Origin: Lophium mytilinum
Lineage: Eukaryota
Reading direction: 5' to 3'
Length of the DNA stretch: 64,000 bases
Assembly (NCBI GenBank): GCA_010093605.1
Contig: MU004186.1
Coordinates: 17,765-81,764, forward strand
Both the position numbers and the translations under genes were made by a program. The notes beneath the pieces were generated by a model. It worked only from the letters and a program-made list of their open reading frames with translations, did not search any database and had not been told where the DNA came from. This document shows, one piece after another, positions 12,661 to 25,632 of the stretch. The stretch's first letter is position 1. Every line of letters starts with the position of its first letter.

Positions 12661-15600
12661 CTCACTGCTCGTTTCCACAACCAGACTTCAAGGTTGGGCA
12701 CGCACTGCCATTGCGAGACGATTTTCAAGACAACACAACGAACGCGGCAGTCTTTCGAGCATCTCTCCATATAGCAGCGAGACATCTAGATGACTTCCCA
12801 TATAGTGAGTTAGACACATCTGATATCTTGCCCTCTTGTTGCCATTACAGTTCCTTAATCTTTGTTTTTAACGCGCCGATCGAACGAACCACCTGTCTTG
12901 CTGCATCGCTGTCTCGACAACATTGACGGGGTGAGTTCGATTTCATGATCGCATCGACCACCTTGGAGAGTAGAATACTCCGATCAAGCGAAAAATATTG
13001 AACATTTTGAACATGAGAAGTTTTGGAACGTGTATCGAAATGGACTCGAAGTTGAGAAACTATCCGATTATCACGTGACGACGGAGCTTTTTGCCGCGGC
13101 ACCTCCGCTCCTCGCCGCAACTCACCACCACTCACCATTCTACCCACGGAGCCCCCTACCACCATCTTCATAATCTATTCGCATTCTCTCATCTGTTACC
13201 TGAGCTGCGACAGAGCCCCAGTCAAAGTTCTCAAACACCATGCATTTTGGAATCCGTCGCACTTCCTACTGGTGATGCTGCGTCGCGCGGACAACACGTC
13301 CAGCACCGTCTAGCCAACGGCCTCAACCACCTTCAACGGAGCTATCCCTCTTCGAGAAGGCTAGGCTAATCAATATTTGAATCTGTGGCAGTTTTCGCAA
13401 CCACTTGGCCCCCATTCAATCTACGATGGTGCCCGCCGACCCAGCCCACTACAAATTCGCGGAACCGCATCTCTACCCTCACCGTCCCGCGCCTCACCGT
13501 CCCGCGCCTCACCGTCCCGCGCATGCGAAACGAGTTCGACGAAACACTGCAAGGGAAGACAATGGCATCGTGTTGGAGCAGCGGAGATGGGTTGCTACAT
13601 GCACATGGTGGCCTTTGCCCTGTTTTGTAGTCTTACGCTCATGCAGAGAATTGACATTTACATGAGATGGCGCTCTGTCCTCCTTCGTGGTGACATTCTG
13701 CATTATAGCGTTTACATCCTGCCACTCACACGATCCACTGCATGACACAGCTTGATTTAGTGAAACGGCAAGACGGGCGCTGCCGCTTGGACTTCTCCCA
13801 TGCATGCAAGAACGCTTCAAATGTCAAGCTTAATACGTTCTCTTTTCATATCAACTTTCTCGTCCTTTATATTCTACCCTCTTCTCCACGTTCAAAACAG
13901 TACGGCTCGGGGCGACCCTGAGATCTCTCGACCACGATAAAAGCACAGAAGAAAGGACTGTGGTTTTCTCTTCAAGCTTCCCGATCATCCAGAAGGCATT
14001 ATCGACCTCGACATCATCTGCGACAGTTTCACCTACAAGACGCACCGAATGTTCCGTTGCAGCTAGATTGATTTCAAAAGAGCTCGCGGCGGACTTCTCA
14101 AGGTCAGTATCAGCAATCCTGGCGACACATCTGGAAGCATATAGGAACCTCATTTGCGAAACTACCAACGTCAATAAGCGTGTCCTTGGTAACGCCATTC
14201 TCCATGTGCTGCTAACATACAAGAACACGAAAAGGAAACCAAAGTAGGCAAAAGAGGAAGCCACCAATGGCAAAGGAATAAGTGACTGGTCCGGCGCCAA
14301 AGATTGAATTTAGACCACCAGACGGTACAGACTCTCGTGTTAAAGCCAACTAAACCACACTGGATGGTATTGAATGGACACTTAATAGAAATAGCAACTC
14401 GATAAGTGTCGAGAAGAGATGGCATGCGCCTTTCAATATTACAACAAATGCTATCGGTGGGCTTATTCTAAATCTAGTAGCAGGCATTGCATACTCCTTC
14501 CCCTTTCGCATCTCCTTTCACTCAAGCATAGTTACTATCTTCTAACACACTTACACTGTATTCTCACGCTAACCAGTGCCTTTTTGTCTCACAATCATAT
14601 ATGTCACGCAAACTCAAACAGTGTCCAGATCACGTGGGCCCCTTTCCTTCAAGCTACCCGTAGACATAACCTACATTACGCGATTCTTCGAGCCCACAGG
14701 CCAGCGTATTGGTAATGACTCCGCTGAGAGTCACTCAATGAAGTCTCGTTTCGCGACAATTTACTCTACGACTGATACTGATACCCGAAGCGTTGCCCCT
14801 ATAACGTGGAATCGTGTAACTCGCCTTGCAAGATTGCTCCATGTCTGGAACTCAGCTCTATCCGGCGGGTCTGCGATGCAACTATGGCAAAGGTTCTTAT
14901 TGAACCCACCAGGCGCGACACTGGTGTGGTGTCGTCTTACTCAGCGCTGAGTTCGTGGAATCGACCAGGGCTCCCATTGGGTGGAGTTAGTGGCTTGGCG
15001 CTGGCGACGAGTGTTTACGTCAAGGTCGCTTCATCCCAACTTCTCCTCTTTAAAGCGCGGGTTGTATTTTTTTCGTCTTCTAGATCTTCTATTCCGCAGC
15101 CTGATCCATCCTCTTCCGAAGGCGTCTGGCTTGGTCAAGTCTTCGTCTGCGCCACGGGCAGATATCCAGATCGTCGTTGGGGGTGGAGCCGTCAGGCGGT
15201 CGACCTCCCCTTTGTCATGAACGGGAGCAATCGTATCGCCTGGTAACTCCACCAACTGCAAGCACTTTCTCGTTATCATAAGTCCTACGGCACAGACGAA
15301 GGTGTCCACCCTGCTGAACCTTTGCCTCAGGCTCTCGATCGAAGTACTGTCGTCTAGACCTTCCAGAAGCCGGAGCTTACAATCGGCCCCCGGGGAGGGA
15401 TAGTGTACTCCTTATCGACCAACGCCTTTTATGCGATCCTCTTTGGAACCATTTTCTACCATCTTTTCTCCCTATGTGCTGTCATCTCCTTTAGAACCTC
15501 GTTCTGTCGTCTTCTCCCTTTACTTTTGATTGGACCTGTTTCTTGGACCCTGTGTTGAACTCGTCACGGGGAATCTTCGTCCAGACTCGTTCTGAAATCA

Positions 15601-16810
15601 CCCTTGATCTTGACCTCCGATCTAGTTGTAGCCTATCATTCAAATCAAACGTCGAATTGACGCTGCAATCCTATCAGCCGCGTTCGAAACTCTGCCATAT
15701 TCAAGGTCGCGGATGCACCCGCGCACATAGTTTGATACCTACCATTTCCCCCACTTGTCGCGAACTTACTGATAGTAGCCTTTCTAGATCCCAGCCGTAC
15801 ATCGTCGTCTCTCACGCTGTCACAAAACCGATCATCGCTGACCCTGAACATCTACAGCATCGATACCCTCTCGCGTGACGAGTACTCTGCCCCGCATCTT
15901 GTCTAGCTGTGACTATTGAGGGAGTGTAGACGCTGTTAGGCTCACCTGCGTGGGATGGTACACTCACAAAGCAGGCAGCGAGTCCCACCGCCGTAGATCT
16001 GAAGGACGAGTACCGCTGGCTAAAAGCTACATAGACACCGAACATCCACCACGTCAGGAACGAAACTTGTACTCACCACCCATGGTTGTATAAGTGGAAG
16101 CACTCAGCGATGCGTTATTGTACCGTCTAGAAACTGTCGGAGTCGCCCGCGAAGGTCATCAGGTCGAAGTCAGCGTCATCGAGACCGGGACCAAACGCCA
16201 GATCTGGCACCATGTGGGTAAGCTGGCTGGAGACACTACCGCGAGGGCCAGTTTCTTCGAATCTGTTCGCCACGCCGTGACGGCGTACTGTCTGCCTGAC
16301 AAACCAATGTCTACAACATCAGTTCACGATCCAGCCCCAAGCTGAACCGGCAGGGGCATAAGATCAGAGCTCCCTCGCGCGTCGAGTCGCGATCGCGAGC
16401 TCGATGACCTGTGGTGTAAGTCTCCCCCTCAAAGCTGAGGCGATGAACCTCCTCAAGTAACTTCAGATCGTCTCATCGCCAAGTCTCCATCCCAAACCAT
16501 CAAGCGATACCGCGTCGCGGAGGGTGGCCCCGGTCCAAAAGAGTTTCTCGTCGCCTCACCCCATTGAGCCTGCGCCCCAAACCAAGACGATGTACCGCGT
16601 CGCGGAGGGTGTGGCTCGCCAAAAGGAAGTTCTTGTCGACGATCACATCATAGGCGTCGTGATGTGTGATGGAGTCGTCGTCCCAAGCCCATCAAGGCGA
16701 TATACCGCAGTGCGGAGGGCAGCACCTCCGTCCGTCTTGGAGGAATCTCTCGACGTCCATCAAGTCATCGGATCGACGGCTTCACTGCCCCCATTCGAAT
16801 GGCCAACCGC

Positions 16811-17002
16811 CAGAGCCGCTCTGGTTCTGCCCAGACTACCGCGACCTCGACTAGCTCGCTGCTCCCTTCGAANNNNNNNNNNNNNNNNNNNNNNNNNNNN
16901 NNNNNNNNNNNNNNNNNNNNNNNNNNNNNNNNNNNNNNNNNNAGAGCCGCTCTGGTTCTGCCCAGACTACCGCGACCTCGACTAGCTCGCTGCTCCCTTC
17001 GA
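16811..17002. repeat. ~60-bp sequence repeated on both sides of an assembly gap (collapsed tandem repeat or scaffolding overlap)
   Basis: AGAGCCGCTCTGGTTCTGCCCAGACTACCGCGACCTCGACTAGCTCGCTGCTCCCTTCGAA is identical before and after the N run. Confidence 0.7.
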
Positions 17003-19396
17003 AATACATGCATGGCTCGCGCCGCAAGGTCCGTACCGCGCCGCAGAAGGCGGCTCTATCCAGATGTAATTTTTCGTCGTTCGTCGTGTCATCGACATTC
17101 ACGCCCTCGAGATCACTACAAGATAGGCCAAGCTTTCCTCAACAGCCATCTGGAAGTTTGCGACATCGACGCAGCAGACATGTACGAGCATCACCTATGT
17201 ACGATGTACTCTTCCGTTCAATCTTCTCATTTGACGAGCATCCCGATCAACAACATTTGGCACCCTGGAGAGGCTGCCACGACGACAAAACACTACGGCG
17301 TCTATGCAGGCAGAGCCCAAACCTCAAGAGTTAAAGTCTTCGTGGGTTGGTGAGGCCCAGCATCCCTCTTTAGCGTTCGAGCAGAGCGTATCCTGGTGCG
17401 TCGCACCTAACCTGTGGACCCCACGGGGAAGTTCTCGCGTTTTCATGGCTAGCCACCCACTCGCGGACTACATCCTCTCTTCAAGTGAACAGCAGCTGTA
17501 GCGGCCAGCAGTACGGACCGATACAGTCAGACGAAGCTGTCTCGAGTGGCCAACGCCCAGCTACTCCAATCATCTCTCACTGGCAGGTGAGCAGGTCGCA
17601 TTCTGAGATCCGTCTCCTCTAGGTATAGAGCCCTGCGTCTATCATACCTTGACGTGACCTGCGTGTCTGAAATGGTCTCATCATACTAGCTCTGTCTCCA
17701 CAGCTGCACATTTCCTTCAACTTCGACGTAAGAGACTCACGCCAAGCACAGAGGACCCCGCTGGCTCATCTTCGTATTGTCTACCATCAGTTTGCTTTTG
17801 AACAAGCTGATTCCCATTACATTCAGCCGACCCAGCCCAAAACCCCATTCCAAACACGACATCCACATGGTAGTATGACGTATCAAGATCAAGTCACGTG
17901 ACCAGAATTGAGTACCGCCAGCCACCTTCAATACCCTTTGGCCAAGCGATTGCTTCTGGATCGAATCGGCATCTTATTCTCAACGTTCAAACCAGGGCAT
18001 GGACTCACTATACCTCCTGCCTTTCATTTAGACGGCCGTTTCGAAGAGCAGCAGAAGCTGCATGCATATGCCAGAGCCAACTGAAATTCGATGCTACATG
18101 CAACGACTCGTGCTAAGTACGGACACCAGAGATCCACGACGCTTTCCTTCCTTTCCGCATCGAACACACCCCACTACTCAGTAAAGCTGTCATTGGCCTA
18201 CTCGGGGAGAGTTATCGTGAAAACAGCGAAGCTGAAAACGTTTCCAACCCACCGCAAATTTCACCTCAACACGAGATGTTGTCGCACCAATTACGGGACG
18301 CCATTTCGAACACGCTGACGCGAAACATATCGTCGACATCATTGCGAATCATTGCGTCCGCACTAGGAAACCCCAATGACCAGATCATTCGAGCGCCACA
18401 CTCTCACGATGACTGTATGCCTTCGCCTACTAACTACATCACTGCATCACCTCCACCTCAGCCATGGGACATCGAAGCGTGAGCCGACAAAAGGGATTGA
18501 AACACAAAAATGTGTTTGGCTAGCTATCAGAAGACAACATACTCGCGTCGGAAGTAACATGCCAACACAGCCCGTCTCTGCGCCATGAAACGACCGTCCT
18601 ACTATCTCTCGAAGACTCACCTGCTGGTGTACAGAGCGCCAAAGTCTGGTGTGAAAGAGCCTCTCGTGAGAAGACCTTGACCGCCAGCGCACCATCAACA
18701 CCATGAACTCGAACTCACACGAGACCAGACTACCAAAGTCAGAAGTCACGTGACAGTACCTCCGATCTCATATCGGGTTTTGAGGATCAAACACGGAGTC
18801 GCAGTATCAAGGAGACAACTGCAGCTGCGTCTAGTCACTCTGGCTATCATAATCTTCCATAGAAAATTGCATCCTCTTACTGTGTCGTTCATAGAGACCG
18901 CGCCACGTCAAAGCACTGTCATTGAGGTTCGATCCAAGACATCGACTAGAGTTTAGCCGAGCTGACTGATAGGTACCATGCCTGATTCGAGATCCATACA
19001 TCACAGTACACCCAGCCTGTCCAGGCGGCCCCAGCTGAGAGCGGGCCTAATGCAAGATGAGCTGGCCTGGCTGGGTGCGCTACGGTGGCGTCGGGAGCAC
19101 GCAACAAATAGGTCTCTGTGCGGCCTTGCTTCTCAAAATGAAACGGCCCCAGACATAGCCTATAACATACTTCACACGCAATAATCGACCATCCACATCC
19201 ATACGCGCAAATCGAGCAGAACTCACGTGATCCCAGCAATGAGCGACCTACCCCAGCCATCACCTACTGCAATAGCAGAAGCAGGAGAAGGTCGAACGCG
19301 AGGTGTGGTTTGCAAATGTCAACGGTGCGTCAAATCATCATCCATGCTGTGAAAAACCTGACGATTGATAGCAAATTTCAAAGACCTTGACGGGGT

Positions 19397-19893
19397 CAGG
19401 GCTACCATCTATTCAACTCAATCATCGGATGGGGTCGCCGTTGATTGAATTGACACCTTAGTCAGCAGAGCTCTATATTGATCGATTGATTGACGTCAAC
19501 GATTAAAGTTATTAATTGGTTGACAAGGTAAAAAGTGGACATTCTTGGCAAAGTATATACGTGGTGTAAAGCTTACAACCTACACATTTAAAAGTTCTGC
19601 TTATATTCTTTTTCTAGACATTAAGCCTTTTTAGTGTGCAGCGGCATAGTAGTAGTAGAAAAATGGTAGTACTCGTAGAGGTGCTAAATCCTAATCAAGA
19701 ATCTGTAAAGTGCCGATATCCGGCAGCTGAATTATAGCCTTTCACGACACGGAATGTCACTCTTTCAATCAATCAAACCTCTCGATATTGATTGATTGAT
19801 CCTTTTCGGCTGGTCTATCAAATTCAATTGGTTGATGAAATCATCAATTAATTCCACTCAACGGGTGCGCCTGGTGATTGAATGGTAGTCCTG
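19397..19893. mobile_element. ~500-bp hAT-type MITE (AATCAATC family)
   Basis: TIR CAGGGCTACCAT / ATGGTAGTCCTG (11/12). AT-rich interior with many GATTGATT/AATCAATC motifs and internal TCAGCAGAGCTCT. The putative TSD is only 5/8 (GACGGGGT / ACCGGGGG). Confidence 0.65.
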
Positions 19894-20613
19894 ACCGGGG
19901 GAGAGGTCGGAGATGAGGGGGCAACCAGGAACACCACATGACGACCAATTTAAGACGTGAGAGAGATCCAGTCGGGCACAACTGGTCATGAGGCTCTTGC
20001 AGCTCTATCGGTGTCGTGCGTTGGTCGAGTCAATGCGTATAGAGCTACTGCAATAGGGAAAAACGATCAACTCACTCTCGGCGACATCGTCAGGTAACTC
20101 AAATTAGACGGTGTAGACTGCGTATTGATGCGCCAAGCATTAGACAACGACGGACCCCAGCACGACGACATAGAATGGGACAACCAAGTCACACCGCACG
20201 GTTGTATCCTGGCGCTGCATTCGACATAGAAGAAAGAAGATCGAACCAGGAGTCATTCTGCCCATCGCCGCCGATTGGACTCTTTCTACTTGTTGTCATC
20301 GTCGATGAGAGTTGCATGTTTGTCAATAGTGTTCTGCCTGCCACTGTCAACAAGATTCAGCCTCTATGTCGCTGTCTATAGGGTCAAACGAAATCAGTTA
20401 GGTAATTTTAGTTGCTACTGCTTGCGACCTGTGCTTGACTTGTGACGGCTGTATGTCGCAGAGAAACTGCAAATCGAGGGCATAAGAGACGTGTTCGTGC
20501 GTCACGGCGCATGTGCATGTCGAAGAAAGTCGATGACAATGTATGGGATTGAGGCTGAAAGATGTCGAGCGTAAGGCTGGACGCCTGCTACTAATTAGTT
20601 TCCTGTCTTCATA

Positions 20614-21029
20614 CAGGGCTACTCTTCAATCAATCAACGAAAAAGGGAGTTTGTAATTGATAAAATTGTCGTCCTAGTTAGCAGAGGTCTCAGTTAATTG
20701 AATTGATTGAAGCAATATTGAATCGATTAATTGTTTAATGTATTTGGCGCGTGATACCTATTAGGCCTTAGCTATTCCAAAGGAGCGAAACTCGAGTATA
20801 TTTCACTTGCACTTGTCTCCAGTTAGGGATGGTGGTACCCTTTTTACAACTTGTATTTGAAAACTATCGCGTGTTTCAATAGAGCAACGGACATCAACCT
20901 TCGATTAATTGGGCCTCATGATATTAAGCAATTAAAGCTTTTCGAGATGTCTGATTGATTGATAATACCCGCCAAGACTGCAATAACTATCAATCAACGA
21001 GGCAATACAGTCAGCGAAGTGTAGCCCTG
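20614..21029. mobile_element. 416-bp hAT-type MITE (AATCAATC family)
   Basis: Perfect TIR CAGGGCTAC / GTAGCCCTG. 8-bp TSD TCTTCATA (20606-20613) / TCTTCATG (21030-21037). Repeated TCAATCAA/TTGATTGA motifs and internal TTAGCAGAGGTCT. Confidence 0.85.
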
Positions 21030-21861
21030 TCTTCATGTGCTTTCATCTTCATCCCGTTGTGCACATAATAGAATCCTTACGTACATCACAGAGAGACCGT
21101 TACTAGTTGGGTTGGGATGGAAGCAAAATGAATATAAGGATCGGTAATTCTGAAATGTGATCTCAACGATCACTCCGTTATTTAAACGCACAACTCGTCT
21201 ACACAGTCTGACGAGAAGAGAGACTGATTGAAAAAGCAGTTGCAGTTTGTCATCTCGGTTCTCAAGAGATATACCGCGCCGGTTGGGGCGCAGATGACGA
21301 CGACGAGAAGGACGGTGACAAGGAGCGAAAAGGCGAAGAGCCCGAGCTAGAGCAGCAACTCGCGCGAGTCATGATGGAGAGCCAGAGCCTTCGCACCAGG
21401 AACGACGTCAGCTACGCGGAAGTCATCAGATTCGACTGCGTAGAATTTGAGGAGGACGCCTTGTTGGACGACCTTACCGAGACGAGATACGAGGCGGGAT
21501 GGATATACAGCCTTCGTCGTGGGTACAGGAGTGTGTTGCCTCTGCCGTCAACGAAAACATCAATGGCTGAGTAGGGGCAGCAGTTGCTATCTTTCGCGCC
21601 GTTTCGATTCTCGATATTGCTCGAATGTAGCGTATCGAGTGACGAAGATAGAAGAACGCGTAAAGCGTGAAGCAAAGCCGGGAAAAGAGGAAGCACGTAG
21701 AGCCAGAGAGGAAGACGAATACAGAGGAAAGGTTTAGTATAGAATGTTTCGAGGTTGCGAAGCATTGTTCTGCGATGATTCTCTCCACACTCGAAGCAAG
21801 CCCCCCCCCGCAACCGATAGAGTGTCTCATCTTTGTTCATGACTCTGGATCTTGTGCTAGC

Positions 21862-22119
21862 CAGATCTGCCGTTTAACCAACCAATAATTGATTGAAGCA
21901 ATCTACATTGCTTCAATCAATCGGCATCCTAGAAATGGATCAATCAATCAATCCGTAGGGCTTGAATCGGTCGACCATACAAATATCAGTCAATACTAAT
22001 AATATTAACAATATTAACGGATTTAATAAATGTAATTAAGACCTCTGCTAATTAAGGCGTTAACTAAATAAATATCGAGTGCCTGTTTTTATCAATTAAT
22101 TAATTGATGGGTAGCTCTA
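21862..22119. mobile_element. 258-bp degenerate hAT-type MITE (AATCAATC family)
   Basis: 8-bp TSD GTGCTAGC (21854-21861) / GTACTAGC (22120-22127). Right end GTAGCTCTA is a RIP version of GTAGCCCTG and the left end CAGATCTGCC is degenerate. Contains AATCAATC motifs and AGACCTCTGCTAA (reverse complement of the shared internal motif). Confidence 0.7.
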
Positions 22120-25100
22120 GTACTAGCCTATTATTAGAAGTAGTTAGCTTAGGCTAACTAGTATTCTATTATAAGAGAATTTAGCCTAGTATAGGCACGA
22201 GTTAGATATATAGATAGCCCTATCCCCCCTCTTTCTAGATCAATCAATTAACTTAGTAATCCTTTCAACACTTATAACATCATCCCAATCTAATCCATGC
22301 AGCGCGGCGCTTGTTCTGTCGAAGAACCCTGCCTCAACTTCCTCTAAACCAGAACGCTTAATCTGTTATGTCGAGGGTACTGTCTATTCTAGCATCAATT
22401 GGGACTTCCGGACGTATACGGCGTCCTAGGTAGATATCGCAGAACTCGGGGTGACTGACTACGTTTAGGAAGAGGAGCCCGCACTGGGGGTCGTTGGACC
22501 TAAGAAACGCCAAAAGAGCTTAAACGGGGTAAATCATGAAGACGCTGAAGGACTTATGGTGGTGGGTTCCGTTTAAAGCAGGCCACTACGAGTAAGTTTT
22601 ATTATAGCTTGCAGAAATGGAGAACGTGATGGATGTAGACGAGTAAACAACGGAAGCTCTTTCGAGCGTATCGAACGCGAAGGAGCATCGAGTTTGCCTT
22701 AGTGGTTTCGCAAAGGAACGTGCGGTGGCAGGGCGGTTACCTCTGGTCGAACACAACAAGAATCATGGGCCATCAGAAAGTGATCAACTACTCGCATTCA
22801 ACTAACCTTACGATAACGTTAGGGCTCCCGTGCCATGAGCATACCTACCAAACTAAGGCGACCCACCGACGCAGATTGCTGGTCCTGCATCTTTTCTCGT
22901 AGAAGACGAGGAGCGCGCGCTGCAACAATAATCAACGAGATATTTGACCGGTGTCACTACATGCCTACAGCCTGATCATCATCACCACACAACATATAGC
23001 CGCCATCTAGGCCCGCGGTAGCCTTCTGGTCCTCGCCATAGCGACCGTTGATGCAGCGCGCTCGAGCCAGCTCCCATTTGCGAACCTCGGAGAGGCTGGC
23101 AAAGAGGATGTCACTGGTATGCCCAGCATCGTCAGCCCACGCATTTTTGGCGACGGCGGCAGCGAAGTCGGTGACGGGGCGTGCAGGAGGAATAACAGCA
23201 GCGACAGACCCGAGGAGAAAGCGCCGCTGTACTAGCTCCCTTGACATCTTGTAGGCTACCAGAGGCGGATAGGGTCAAGCGGAACGGCCGAGATATCATC
23301 ATCGTCGTTGTTAGCAGTGGCGGCGAGGGCGCGGGCAGGGTGCAGTATCCTCCAAAGGCCAGAGTCCTCTGATTCTCCATCACCAAGTCGGACATCCATC
23401 GTCTCTTCCTCAACGGGAGCGAGTCAGCCACTGCAACCTGCATCATTAACAGACCTAGACGACCACTGTCGCCAGAGAGTGAAACCTTAGAAAGAGGCGC
23501 GGTGGGTGGCGCGCTTCGTCGAGTACGTCGTCACAGACCTTTGAAAATCCGACCTAGTCGCTCTCGACCACGATGCTGTCGCGGATGCAGCAACTGGGGT
23601 TTATTTGGGGGAATCTAACGAAGGAAGATGGTCGCGAGAAGAGGGAGTATATATACAGAATGAGGAATGAAGGCTGACATGAGATTCCATTCCATTTCAA
23701 GACATTAAAGAAGAATCGTGTCAATTTCGTTAATCGCGCGTTCTTGTTGACAAAGGAAGGCAGAGGACTCGGGGCAGCGGTCTAGTAAACAGAGAGGGGT
23801 CAGTAAAGGTCTCGGTCTGAATGGAAGTCTAGGAGCTACTCATCTTGCCCGTGGACACAGAGTCGTCACGCCCTAGAACGATCCACTTCCACCACCCAGT
23901 CACGCCAGCCACCTTGTTAAAGGGCCTAGGAAGAACAGACCTGATAGGGCTCGCCGGGAACTAGATGTGGCTGCGCGACATCATGCTCCGCTGTATTTGG
24001 CACCCTTCATGCATATGGAATCCATCGGTGCGATAGGCTGTTGGAAGTGGGTTGGGGGTTGGAGGGCCCCAGAAAAACGAGTGAGTATGAATTTCCTAGC
24101 AACGACATGTGGCCCAAGGTGTATAGACTGCGAGTTATCAGCATTCATTCCTTGACGCGAGAGTTCAAGAAGGGCGGCTATCTAAAGAGTTTAGGCTGGA
24201 TCAAAACGACTACCCGCGCTCTGCGACGCGGCGACAGCTGAGTCGCGGAGTGATTGAATGTTGGTCTCGTCTCACCATAAACTAAGACACGTTCTGTTTC
24301 TACTCGAGACAGCAATTATATGTGAGGGCTGTGAATCGTGATCACCTTGCAGGCGTAAGTATGTTGTATGCTTCCTGCGGCCCCCGGAGAATTTTCTTGG
24401 TGTTTTCCCTAGATGCCTCGAGAAGCTATTTCGTCACTGATTCGAGCAGAGTCCCGCCAGCCAAATACAACGGGAGAGGGTTCTTTAGGAGTTGGCCATG
24501 CGTATCGGACCCCCTCGACCAGGTCTTCGTACATCAGTCCAAGTAGATAGCTTACGAAAGGCTGGACCATCAAGCTTGACGCCGAACAAGTAGGCTCTGA
24601 GGAGGTTGCTGAACGGATCAGCCTCTGGGTGTTTCTTGTAGAGCCATCGAACGAAGATGCCAAAAAGGACGAGGATCGCGCGGTTGCTGAACCTGAAGCT
24701 TCGCGAAACGGGATCTTTGGTGCAAGCGACACCGGGGTTCTACAACAAGCCGGCGACGACAAGGAGCAACAAAGAATGCACAATGGACTTCACAAGTATC
24801 GGATTGATGCTGACAGCCTTCTGAAATATATTCGCGGAGGTTTTCGAGGACCTTTGGGAGGATCGTCTGCTGCTGAGGCCATTTCGAAAGAGTAGCAGCC
24901 AGCGGCGGTGCTCCTGAAGATCCTAACTGTTCCTTGAGAGCAGCGAAATTGCTGATCTTGTTGTTGTAGCGAGTTTGTTGTCATTCTTGCCTGCACTGCG
25001 AATAACATGCAAGAGTTTCGCCCATGACAGCCCCAGAGAAGCATGGAGAGTGTTTGTATGTTGGAGCGTAGGAGTGGACGGGAACGTAGGGCTCGTGAGA

Positions 25101-25409
25101 ACGTTCGAGGTCTGGGATTGCGGCAAGACATAGGAGTAGGAGGTGTCAATCGAAGCGGGGGAGCACACGCTTGCTGAGCCGTAGTTAGCTGGGTCTAGGA
25201 GGATGTACCGTTGTATACTGCAGTCCCCATATGATGACACGTACCCTGCAACGAATGTGGGTACGCTGCGTGCCAGATTTAGAACCAGCGCGAACATCGA
25301 TGCTACCGCCACCATCACTCCCATGCCATGAGAGGCGCAACGTACGTAGGAGACGTTCTGTCAAACCGTGAGAGACATTACCATATTCCCACCGAAGTGC
25401 TGTCGCGTG

Positions 25410-25632
25410 CCGATTCCTCTCGATATCTGCAAACCCGTCTTTCCGCAGGAGGTCGTTGCGCGTGTTGAAGAGAACGAGATGGGTTGAGCCCCCCTGCCCG
25501 CAAAAGGTTGTTGCGCGCGTCGAATAGAAGAAGATTGAGTTGAGCCCGCCGATTCCCCTCGATCTCTGCACGCCCGTCTTTCCGCAGGAGTTCGTTGCGA
25601 GTGTCGAAGAGAAGGAGATTGAGTTGAGCCGG
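25410..25632 (+). repeat. Diverged internal duplication (2 long + 1 partial copy) within a decayed coding region
   Basis: CCGATTCC(T/C)CTCGAT(A/C)TCTGCA...CCCGTCTTTCCGCAGGAG...TTGAGCC at ~25410 and ~25549, with a partial copy between them. Confidence 0.7.

Noticed and set aside
13478..13522. 15-bp repeat x3 (CTCACCGTCCCGCGC)
   Set aside because: Simple minisatellite with no supported gene context.
16811..17002. Long terminal/direct repeat of a small element
   Set aside because: The identical copies abut an N gap, so this is more likely a collapsed repeat or scaffolding overlap.
17270..17500. GIY-YIG-like motif (HYGVYAGRAQ)
   Set aside because: Too short and followed by stops; there is no supporting second motif.
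21447..21737. Degenerate Zn2Cys6 (CCLCRQRK..C..YCSN)
   Set aside because: Cys spacing is incomplete and the frame is broken, so it cannot be supported.
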